The notes below the pieces were generated by a model. It saw only the letters and a list, made by a program, of their open reading frames with translations. It did not search any database and had not been told where the DNA came from. The position numbers were made by a program, and so were the translations under genes. A stretch of 58,717 bases of DNA from a virus, in the IMG/VR virus record IMGVR_UViG_3300045988_156049. The stretch is one strand, 5' to 3'. This document shows, piece after piece, positions 48,793 to 55,590 of the stretch. The stretch's first letter is position 1; each line of letters starts with the position of its first letter.

Positions 48793-49062
48793 TTATGAAT
48801 AAATATCGAGGTCTTCACTTACGTTAAAGCATTCCTCGCAATCGCGGAAGCTTTCATATTGCGAGCCGTAATATCCGGCTCTATGTCTGTCTCCGTCGTG
48901 ATTGTTGTGAAACTTATCTTTGCATTGTGTACAGCAGAAGGCTTGGCTATATTGCCGCTTGATGAACTTGGTGTGACATACAGGGCATTCTATTTCAGTC
49001 CCGACCTTTGCCTCCTTGTTTGTCCGGTATAGCCCCTTCCGCTTTTTCGGTTGCTTTCCCAT
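48793..49062 (-). CDS. Zinc-ribbon protein
   Basis: ECPVCHTKF...FCCTQCKDKFHNNHDGDRH gives CxxC...CxxC. It has a basic N-terminus. Confidence 0.6.
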   Translation of the reverse strand: MGKQPKKRKGLYRTNKEAKVGTEIECPVCHTKFIKRQYSQAFCCTQCKDKFHNNHDGDRHRAGYYGSQYESFRDCEECFNVSEDLDIYS

Positions 49063-49073
49063 ACTTGTCTCTT

Positions 49074-49112
49074 AATAAAAGGCAGGGCGGTGGTCTGGAG
49101 ACCACCTGCCCC
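49074..49112 (-). terminator. Rho-independent terminator inside the leftward early operon
   Basis: On the minus strand: GGGGCAGGTGGTC-tcca-GACCACCGCCCTGCC followed by TTTTATT. Confidence 0.65.
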
Positions 49113-49124
49113 TACCAAATGAAT

Positions 49125-49586
49125 TTATAATGCGGAGACCGCCCTGACGTAGCCGTCGTAGCACTTGCTGGCGTAGTAGACGTAGCCATCATTGAAGTTG
49201 ACGCTCCAGGCGCCCAACGCCGAGTGCTCCGAACTACACCAGTTCCAACCCTCAAGTTTATCGCCTCCGTGCGCTTCCAGAAGCTCGTTGATTTCATCTT
49301 TGTAATAGGCAAGGATGTAACCTTCCTTCTTCGAGAATAGCTCTCCTCCGGCTTCATTTGCGAGCTTCTTTGCGCCTTCCCAATCGGCTTCTCCGAGACA
49401 CTTTGCGTGAAGGACCTTGCCGATGAGCGGTATGGCTACTCCCTTACGCTCCTCGTCCCAATATGGCGCGATTGGGTCAAGAGAAGCAGGCTTAGACAGG
49501 AGCTTTGTCATATGCTCCTTTGATATAGTCAACTTATTCTCCACCATCTTTCTCCTGGTTAGCAGTTTCATCCTTCTGCTCAGCAT
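49125..49586 (-). CDS. DUF1566 (Lcl C-terminal-like) domain protein
   Basis: EGWNWCSSEHSALGAWSVNFNDGYVYYASKCYDGYVRAV follows the YWSS...A..V.F..G......vR.V pattern. The start is uncertain (ATGs at 49586, 49571 and 49547). Confidence 0.55.
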   Translation of the reverse strand: MLSRRMKLLTRRKMVENKLTISKEHMTKLLSKPASLDPIAPYWDEERKGVAIPLIGKVLHAKCLGEADWEGAKKLANEAGGELFSKKEGYILAYYKDEINELLEAHGGDKLEGWNWCSSEHSALGAWSVNFNDGYVYYASKCYDGYVRAVSAL

Positions 49587-49893
49587 CGGCCTTGATGTTG
49601 GACATAACTTCGGACTTTTGAGCCTCGGAGCGCACCAGTCCCCTCAGCCCAGCTATTATCAAGAGAAGGCGTGCCTGAGTGCCTGGAAGGGCAGGGAAAG
49701 TCTTCGCCTCGTCAAAAAAGTCCAGATGGGCCTCCAATACCTTCCCGATAAGGTCGAGTGCGTGTTCATTCTCCATACTCTCCACAGCCTCCCTGAAATT
49801 GCTTACCACAGTCCCGTCCTTCAGGACCGCATATAAAATCTCATCTGATGAGATCATCCTTGTTTCTTTGTTTGTTTTCATATTATTGTTCAT
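49534..49893 (-). CDS. Hypothetical protein
   Basis: 119 aa with an ATG start. Confidence 0.55.
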   Translation of the reverse strand: MNNNMKTNKETRMISSDEILYAVLKDGTVVSNFREAVESMENEHALDLIGKVLEAHLDFFDEAKTFPALPGTQARLLLIIAGLRGLVRSEAQKSEVMSNIKADAEQKDETANQEKDGGE

Positions 49894-50080
49894 TCATAAA
49901 TCTTCTCCGAATAGTTCCGCTGCACCGGCAGATCACCTCTCCGCCCTCCTCGCTGACTTCTTCAACGTCCTGGACATCCGGTCCGTCAAATTCGTCAACC
50001 GGTTGTCTCTTATCCCCAGCCGCCGGATCTTCTCGATGCAGTTTCTCATCTCCTGGTGCTCCCTTGCCGTCAGTGTCGTG

Positions 50081-50176
50081 CTAGAAAGGGAGATCGTCCT
50101 TTGGCTGTTCATAAATCACCTCCTGTGCTGTCGCCTTGCCCACGTGGCCGATCAATAAAATTTTGTTCAATGCCAT
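50081..50176 (-). CDS. 31-codon SSB remnant / mini-SSB (SSB N-terminal strand fused to the SSB C-terminal acidic tip)
   Basis: MALNKILLIGHVGKATAQEVIYEQPKDDLPF-TAG. NKILLIGHVGK matches the SSB N-terminus (NKVILIGNVGQDP type). The protein ends in DDLPF, the canonical SSB tail. The OB-fold core is missing. Confidence 0.55.
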   Translation of the reverse strand: MALNKILLIGHVGKATAQEVIYEQPKDDLPF

Positions 50177-50192
50177 ACTTTTCTTGTTGTGA

Positions 50193-51044
50193 TTAATACT
50201 TGCGGAAGTTCAGTCTTTTATTTCCTTGGAGCCAGGTTTTCATCAGAGCCTCTCCCGCAATTGCTCGACCTTCTCCCATAATCCACGAGTGAGTCTCTTC
50301 ACCGATTTTCAAGACCGGCTCTGAACCGGACATGTCCACTGCGACCCTGTCGGACAGCATCTGACCTCTGATTCCCTCCGTCGGAGCCGCCTGCGCCAAC
50401 TGCCACCAGACTTTCAGGAAGTCCTCCGGGAAGCGCTTGCCCGGCTTCTCCGGCTTCCATTGCCTAGCCTTTGCCAGTCGCTTCGAATCGGTGTCCAATA
50501 CGGCTCCTTTCTCCAGCATCCACCCTGAAGCCTCGTAGTAGTCGATGAATCTCCTGGTTTCCGTTTCCGGAGCTATGATGTTGCGCATCCAGAAAGTCGG
50601 AAAGAAAAATTCAAAATCATTGTGTGCTGTGGTGTCGTGGCTTGCCGCGCGCACTGGTGCGCTTCCATCACACACACAAGGTGTGTCAGTATCAGTATCA
50701 GATACAGTATCAGTATCATAGAGCAAAACATTTTCGGAAATCATTTGTTCTTGCGAAATCATTTGTTCACTTGAAATCATTTGCTTGCATTTGCTCGCAA
50801 TTGCTCTGCCCTTCTGACCGGCTGCCCTTCTCTTGTCCGATATGTCATTATACTTTTCAAAATCGGCGTCAAGCGCGTTCTTGATGAATGTGAAAGCCAT
50901 ACTGCTTAGCGGTTTCAGCTCCGACAGTGTCCCCGACAGCGCATACCTCATCGTCGCTTCGTACACTTCAAGTCTGACCTCCGCTGGATAAGCACTCAAT
51001 GACTTAAACCATTCGAGCCGAAATACAAAAGATTTTCTTGCCAT
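50193..51044 (-). CDS. Hypothetical protein; replication organiser/initiator candidate
   Basis: 283 aa between the nuclease-FtsK gene and the SSB remnant. Two domains are joined by a linker encoded by DNA repeats (QMISSEQMISQEQMISEN; DTDTVSDTDTDT). Confidence 0.45.
   Translation of the reverse strand: MARKSFVFRLEWFKSLSAYPAEVRLEVYEATMRYALSGTLSELKPLSSMAFTFIKNALDADFEKYNDISDKRRAAGQKGRAIASKCKQMISSEQMISQEQMISENVLLYDTDTVSDTDTDTPCVCDGSAPVRAASHDTTAHNDFEFFFPTFWMRNIIAPETETRRFIDYYEASGWMLEKGAVLDTDSKRLAKARQWKPEKPGKRFPEDFLKVWWQLAQAAPTEGIRGQMLSDRVAVDMSGSEPVLKIGEETHSWIMGEGRAIAGEALMKTWLQGNKRLNFRKY
50671..50806. repeat. Inverted repeat, hexamer repeats and 18-bp-spaced iterons (candidate origin) inside the 50193-51044 gene
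   Basis: ACACAC-aag-GTGTGT lies at 50672-50686. AGTATC/AGATAC hexamers lie at 50688-50718. GAAATCATTTG(T/C)T(C/T) occurs at 50737, 50755 and 50773, with ATTTGCT-like half-copies to 50806. Confidence 0.5.
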
Positions 51045-51062
51045 ACCTTTTCCTCCTTACCT

Positions 51063-53078
51063 CTACGGCTTGTAGAAGGCCTGGAACCTCACGAGCCCGT
51101 CCTGATACTCCGGTGACTTGATCAGCCCGTCGCCATGTCCATACAATGTCTGCGCTCCCTCGTCGTCAAGCACTACCTTGCTGTCGATTGCCTTCGGAAC
51201 CCGGAAGCAGACTTGGACTGGGATGTTAACCTTGATGTCTCCGGTGATCACCTTCGTGCTTGCCCTCTGTGTCGCCACGCAGAACCTCATTCCGCAGGAG
51301 CGGCCTTTCTGCAGGAGCATCTTCAGGTTCTCCATCAGTGTCTTCTTCCCCTCCAGTTCCTTTGCTGTGCGTGACTGGTCCATCGCGTCCGCGAACTCGT
51401 CGAAGATGACCAGGGTGAGTTTTCTGGTCTTGGCCTTTATCCTTCCGTTCATCTCGTTGACCAGCTGCTCCATCACCAGCTCCAGGTCTTCGATGTCGCT
51501 GAATACGCTCGCGTTGCCGCAGTCGAGACTCGCGAACTCATATTTCGGGTCGAAGATGACGATGTCGTCTATACCGGCCTCCTGGGCGTAGGCGAGAATG
51601 CTGATGAGCTCCACCGACTTTCCGCTTCCCGTGCAACCGCAGACCAGCATGTGCGGCGTCGAGTGGTTGTCCAGGTCCCAGACTATCGTCCTTCCCAAGT
51701 TGTCGACTCCGAGAGGAATTTTATGTCCTTCCAGATACTTCGTGTCCCAGAACAACGTCTTCTCCCGCTTCTTGTTCACCTCGATAGCCACATAGGACTT
51801 GTTGTTGTACATCATCAGGTAGCCTGCTATTCGTACCTGCGGGACGTCGAGGGCATAGGCGATGTCCATCCTATGTGAGAAGATGCTCACAATCGTTACT
51901 CCCGGAGCCACGTCCAGGAGGTACGTGTCGCAGCAGAATCCGTCTATCGTGTGCGCCACCTGCACATTGATGTTGTGTGAGCGCAGAACATGCTCTATCT
52001 TTTCTTGCTTAGTCATATCACAGTTGCTGTAATCAATCCGGATGAAAGAAGCAGCCTCCGTCCGGAACTTCGTTATAATCTTTGGGTTAATATTGATTCT
52101 TGAGGAGTCCTTGATCTTTGCGGTCCTCTTGCGTATTAGTTCCTTCTTGCTGTCGGGAACGGTAGGGAAATCGTCCACTTCCGCAATCATTGTCCTTGCC
52201 CAGAAGTCGTAGAGGACGGCCTTGTCAATGAAATTGTCGGACGTGTTAATCATATAGACGTAGTCCGGATTGCTTACAGCCTCGCACATCCGCTTCAGCG
52301 GCTCGTAGAGCAGAGCTTCATAAAGCATCCTGCTGTTCCTGTCAATGCTGATGACGTGCTTGCGGAGTTGTGCCGAGCCGTCCTTGTTCTTCGACTCCTT
52401 CGCCTCCACGAACCACACCTCGCTCACTTCCACCGTAGGGTTCGCCGTCTCGTAGGCCTCGACGTATGTCATCGCCTGCTGCCCGTGCACCAGGGCCACC
52501 TCGTCGCCGTCCGTGTACTTCGACTTGCTCTTGTGGTCGATGATGACCACGCGCCCGTCCTTGAGCCTCGCGACCAGGTCAATGACAGCGTGCAGCGGCA
52601 ATGGGATGTCGACCCCGTTCACCGTCACCCACTCTTCAAAGCGGGTCTCCACATGCAGCACTTCCGCAATGTCGCCGGTGTAAGTGTCCACCTCCTCGCA
52701 GAAGTATGTCAGAAGGTTGTTCACCTTCGAGACCGCCTCCGCCTTGGCCGCCTCCGCGGTAGGGAACTTGTCCGTAGTCTTCCAGTCATTGGCCGGCACT
52801 TCGTCCAGATAGCCGTATGCCACTGCGGTGAGGGCTACGAACTCGGGCTGCACGCCCGGCTTCCAGATGCTGAAGAACTCCTTCAGGGCCTCGTGGTAGG
52901 CGCTCCCCGCAATCGAGCTGATTGACTTCCTGTCGCGCTCGCAGTAGATGTACTGCATCTCGAAGGCCTTCTCGTTCCTGGCGAAGCACTGGACGCCGCT
53001 GTAGCTCCAGCTGTTCACCAGGTAGCCGGAGAGGTGCTCCTCCATCTGCTCCGGCGTGTATTTCAGATACCTGTTCAT
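51063..53078 (-). CDS. Fusion protein: N-terminal PD-(D/E)XK (RecB/Cas4-like) nuclease plus C-terminal FtsK/SpoIIIE-like ATPase
   Basis: N-terminal: SYSGVQCFARNEKAFEMQYI...GSAYHEALKEFF ... HVETRFEE ... AVIDLVARLKDGRVVIIDHKSKSKY. C-terminal: HMLVCGCTGSGKSVE (Walker A), LTLVIFDEFAD (Walker B), CVATQRAS..ITGDIKVNIPVQVCFRV. Confidence 0.75.
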   Translation of the reverse strand: MNRYLKYTPEQMEEHLSGYLVNSWSYSGVQCFARNEKAFEMQYIYCERDRKSISSIAGSAYHEALKEFFSIWKPGVQPEFVALTAVAYGYLDEVPANDWKTTDKFPTAEAAKAEAVSKVNNLLTYFCEEVDTYTGDIAEVLHVETRFEEWVTVNGVDIPLPLHAVIDLVARLKDGRVVIIDHKSKSKYTDGDEVALVHGQQAMTYVEAYETANPTVEVSEVWFVEAKESKNKDGSAQLRKHVISIDRNSRMLYEALLYEPLKRMCEAVSNPDYVYMINTSDNFIDKAVLYDFWARTMIAEVDDFPTVPDSKKELIRKRTAKIKDSSRININPKIITKFRTEAASFIRIDYSNCDMTKQEKIEHVLRSHNINVQVAHTIDGFCCDTYLLDVAPGVTIVSIFSHRMDIAYALDVPQVRIAGYLMMYNNKSYVAIEVNKKREKTLFWDTKYLEGHKIPLGVDNLGRTIVWDLDNHSTPHMLVCGCTGSGKSVELISILAYAQEAGIDDIVIFDPKYEFASLDCGNASVFSDIEDLELVMEQLVNEMNGRIKAKTRKLTLVIFDEFADAMDQSRTAKELEGKKTLMENLKMLLQKGRSCGMRFCVATQRASTKVITGDIKVNIPVQVCFRVPKAIDSKVVLDDEGAQTLYGHGDGLIKSPEYQDGLVRFQAFYKP

Positions 53079-53081
53079 ATG

Positions 53082-53981
53082 CTACGGCATTTCCGGAGCC
53101 TGGACTCCGTTCTCCTTCATTTCTTCTTTTCTCGCTTCGATGAGAATCTGCCTCTGTTCCGGCTCGCTCGGCGCATCCAGATATTCCATCCTGCCGTTTT
53201 CGTCGAATACCGCCTGGTCTGTCCTCACCAGTTCCCGCATCTGCACGGAGAGTGGAGCCCACTTGCTGAGAAGAAGCTTCAGCACCGTCTTCTTCGCCAT
53301 CGCGTCGAAGTCCGTCGCCCATCTCGAACTGTTGCGCGTGTATTCGGACTTGCTTGAGTAAGTCTTGGAGTAGGTCTTCGCATGCTCCTCGATTTCCCCG
53401 GTCGTCATGTAGGACATCTTGCTGAATCCATTCGTCAGAGCGAAAAACGCCACGTATCCGATGACCGGCAGTTCCTCCCTGTTGGGCTCCGCCTCGAATA
53501 TCATCTCGCCTGTGAGCAGGTCCCTGCCCTTGATTTCGCCCTTGCGGATATCCGCAACATTGATGGTCCTGAACATGTTGCTTCTGATTGCAAGCTGGAC
53601 GAATGCCCTGTAGCCCCACTGGAGCTGCGCCTCCTTCACGACCACCTCCCTGGTCACTCCGTTCTCGTCCGTGATCTTCTTCTTGTTGTTGTAGGGGATC
53701 ACATAGGCGAAGCCGAGGTTGTTGTCGAGCGGGAAGTCTAGCGCTGTTGCCTTGATACCTGCATAGATCAGCGACATCGGGGAGCATCCCTGGAGGTTCG
53801 CGTCATTGGCGACAAGAGCCGTGATGTTGTTCACGAAGGATTCCTTCTTGCGCCCCAGCACCTGCAGGAGGTACTGCTGAGTCTCGACAGCCGCAATGCA
53901 GCGGTTGAACCGCGCCATCGGCGTATCCGGGGCTTTTTTAAACCCGTTCTGTTGCCTTACTTGTAATTCATTGTTCTCCAT
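53082..53981 (-). CDS. recT: RecT-family single-strand annealing protein
   Basis: CSPMSLIYAGIKATALDFPLDNNLGFAYVIPYNNKK...QLQWGYRAFVQLAIRSNMF fits the RecT core pattern. Confidence 0.85.
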   Translation of the reverse strand: MENNELQVRQQNGFKKAPDTPMARFNRCIAAVETQQYLLQVLGRKKESFVNNITALVANDANLQGCSPMSLIYAGIKATALDFPLDNNLGFAYVIPYNNKKKITDENGVTREVVVKEAQLQWGYRAFVQLAIRSNMFRTINVADIRKGEIKGRDLLTGEMIFEAEPNREELPVIGYVAFFALTNGFSKMSYMTTGEIEEHAKTYSKTYSSKSEYTRNSSRWATDFDAMAKKTVLKLLLSKWAPLSVQMRELVRTDQAVFDENGRMEYLDAPSEPEQRQILIEARKEEMKENGVQAPEMP

Positions 53982-54006
53982 AAACTTTTATAGATTATAG
54001 TTGTTT

Positions 54007-54047
54007 GAAAAATGGAACCCTTGAAAGGTATCACCCTCGCAAGGGTT
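54007..54047 (-). terminator. Rho-independent terminator between the immediate-early genes and the recT operon
   Basis: On the minus strand: AACCCTTG-n16-CAAGGGTT followed by CCATTTTTC. It lies in a 232-nt non-coding gap. Confidence 0.55.
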
Positions 54048-54213
54048 GAACGGGATTGCTATGTTGGATTGGGTTAAATTTTGATTAGGCTAGAACTGCT
54101 TTAACTATGTTTAATATTATGATTTTAAAATATAGAAAAAATTACATCTTAAAGCTTTTTCGCCAACCTGGCTCTCCCGTGCCCGCGCATCACTGCGAAG
54201 GACTTTTTTTATG

Positions 54214-54402
54214 TCAACATCGAATATAACTTCCGGTGGTTTCCTCCATGAGTTTCGCGCTGCTCTCGTGCACAAGCATCCTGCGGTTGTTCGAAAGCGC
54301 GACTATCATATAGCCCAATCCGAAATTGTCGTGGCAGATGACCCTGCCGCTTTGCTTTCCTTTCACCGTATTCCAGACGATGACGTCATCCTTCTTAAAC
54401 AT
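54214..54402 (-). CDS. Hypothetical small protein
   Basis: 62 aa with an ATG start that overlaps the upstream stop. Confidence 0.5.
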   Translation of the reverse strand: MFKKDDVIVWNTVKGKQSGRVICHDNFGLGYMIVALSNNRRMLVHESSAKLMEETTGSYIRC

Positions 54403-54568
54403 TGTCTTCCTCCCTGTGATATTGATTTCTTTTGAGCATTTCTGCTATGCCCTTCGCCTCCTTGGTGTCGAAAGAGGACATGAACTCGTCAGTAAAGTCG
54501 CAGTACAGGAAGCGTCTTGCTTCCGCCAGCCTCCGCTGGTCTGCCGCTGTGATTGTATTCTGTATCAT
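54395..54568 (-). CDS. Small hypothetical ORF (57 aa), below the track cutoff
   Basis: MIQNTITAADQRRLAEARRFLYCDFTDEFMSSFDTKEAKGIAEMLKRNQYHREEDNV. It fills the gap between the Xis-like gene and 54214-54402. Confidence 0.5.
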   Translation of the reverse strand: MIQNTITAADQRRLAEARRFLYCDFTDEFMSSFDTKEAKGIAEMLKRNQYHREEDNV

Positions 54569-54579
54569 TGTGTGGGATG

Positions 54580-54837
54580 TTATCTGTTTACCAATTCTGC
54601 TATCGACGGGATTCTCTGGCCTTCGAGATAGGCGTTCACTTCGCTCTTCTTGAAGAATACCTTTCCGTTTGACGGCTTGTAGTATGGAAGTCTGCCTTCC
54701 TGGATCATTTTCCTGATATATGTAGGCTTGAAGCCTGTGAGCAGGCTCATGTCCTCCACGGTCAACATCTCCTTGGCGGCAAGAAGGGTGTACCGTTTGA
54801 TGTCGGACAGCGCGTCGAATATCTTCTTCTCATCCAT
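54580..54837 (-). CDS. Excisionase-type / MerR-like helix-turn-helix DNA-binding protein
   Basis: LTVEDMSLLTGFKPTYIRKMIQEGRLPYYKPSNGKVFFKKSEVNAYL follows the HTH_17/excisionase pattern (lt..e.a..lg.s..ti.......g.ip..k.g....f...ev..wl). Confidence 0.65.
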   Translation of the reverse strand: MDEKKIFDALSDIKRYTLLAAKEMLTVEDMSLLTGFKPTYIRKMIQEGRLPYYKPSNGKVFFKKSEVNAYLEGQRIPSIAELVNR

Positions 54838-54848
54838 GTCTCTACAGA

Positions 54849-55037
54849 TTAGGCGATTCTTGTGACTTTGTATAAGGTGTCCTCCTTGTTGACAGAAAAA
54901 AGGAACCCTTGATCTTTCAGATCAGAGGTGACATTCCTTAGATACCTAAGGCTTACCACCTCAGATGTGAACATCATCTGGGTTCCCGGCTTCATCTTCG
55001 TCAGTGTGCCACGCACATTCATCTTTGTTGTTGCCAT
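54849..55037 (-). CDS. Hypothetical small protein
   Basis: The ATG is at 55037 (MATTKMNVRG...). The longer GTG-initiated track ORF runs through the tRNA-like element. Confidence 0.5.
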   Translation of the reverse strand: MATTKMNVRGTLTKMKPGTQMMFTSEVVSLRYLRNVTSDLKDQGFLFSVNKEDTLYKVTRIA

Positions 55038-55065
55038 ACTGTTTGTGTTGTTTTTATAATCTAGA

Positions 55066-55150
55066 AGGGAACGGAGGACTCGAACCTCCCTCGCTGTTGG
55101 TCTGTTATCGCTGTCAGCCACATGCGGCACGCCACCCGTGCAAGTTCCCC
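55066..55150 (-). ncRNA. tRNA-like element (85 nt) with acceptor, D and T arms but no canonical anticodon arm
   Basis: On the minus strand: GGGGAAC TT GCAC-GGGTGGC-GTGC ...37 nt... GGAGG-TTCGAGT-CCTCC GTTCCCT. The acceptor stem has 7 bp (one G-U), the D stem 4 bp, and the T arm 5 bp with a canonical TTCGAGT loop. The best anticodon stem has 4 of 5 pairs (loop CTGACAG). Confidence 0.35.
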
Positions 55151-55248
55151 ATGTTGTTGCCTGCTCTTTTCCTGTAAGCAGGCAGCTCTGATGTTATATG
55201 TTTGATTTGTGCAGGGTGCTCACCTTCACAGGCTTGCATACCTATTTA

Positions 55249-55434
55249 TCAGACTTTGTCATCCTTCATTATCCCCATGCTGATGGCCACGCATGCAGCA
55301 AAGGCTACCAGCCTTATTTCATCCTGCTGGAAGGTGCCGAAAAAGAAGTATCCAATCCCGGCAAGCAGTATCGCTATGCCTATTACTCTGCTGACTATCC
55401 TGTCGATATTCCAGTCTCGTCTATTGGTTTTCAT
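55249..55434 (-). CDS. Small two-TM membrane protein
   Basis: MKTNRRDWNIDRIVSRVIGIAILLAGIGYFFFGTF...LVAFAACVAISMGIM. It is the first gene of the leftward early transcript. The track start at 55455 is GTG. Confidence 0.55.
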   Translation of the reverse strand: MKTNRRDWNIDRIVSRVIGIAILLAGIGYFFFGTFQQDEIRLVAFAACVAISMGIMKDDKV

Positions 55435-55513
55435 GCGGACCTCCTTTCTTTGCACTTTTGTTTTTGTTTTTACTTTTTATTATGTTTGTACGTATGTATG
55501 TACTAACTGAATG

Positions 55514-55558
55514 CAAAGGTAAAGCAACTAAAGCATTAAAGCAAGGATTTTGTGCTTT
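55514..55558. promoter_or_regulatory. Genetic-switch region: leftward -7 box plus TAAAGCA operator-like repeats
   Basis: The minus strand reads TACCTTTG (plus 55514-55521), which matches TAnnTTTG. TAAAGCA occurs at 55520-26, 55529-35 and 55537-43, with an inverted copy TGCTTTA at 55552-58. The region lies between divergent early and repressor genes. Confidence 0.45.
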
Positions 55559-55590
55559 ATTTTGCTATATTTTTTATAATATTTTTACAA

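Noticed and set aside
49679-50158. Plus-strand ORFs of 159 and 78 aa opposite the ssb-remnant region
   Set aside because: They are antisense to a uniformly leftward operon and have a Ser/Leu-rich shadow-frame composition.
52786-53787. 333-aa minus-strand ORF overlapping both recT and the nuclease-FtsK gene in another frame
   Set aside because: It has an Arg/Gly/Gln-rich junk-like composition. It lies entirely inside two genes with clear family motifs in a G+C-rich block. It is a typical shadow ORF.
54849-55130. 93-aa track ORF starting at GTG 55130
   Set aside because: Its first 31 codons simply translate the tRNA-like element. A normal ATG at 55037 gives a 62-aa product.
55198-55510. Two overlapping 102-aa plus-strand ORFs
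   Set aside because: They are antisense to a 61-aa ORF with two clean TM helices that continues the leftward operon. The plus-strand products are low-complexity, and one runs into the promoter region.
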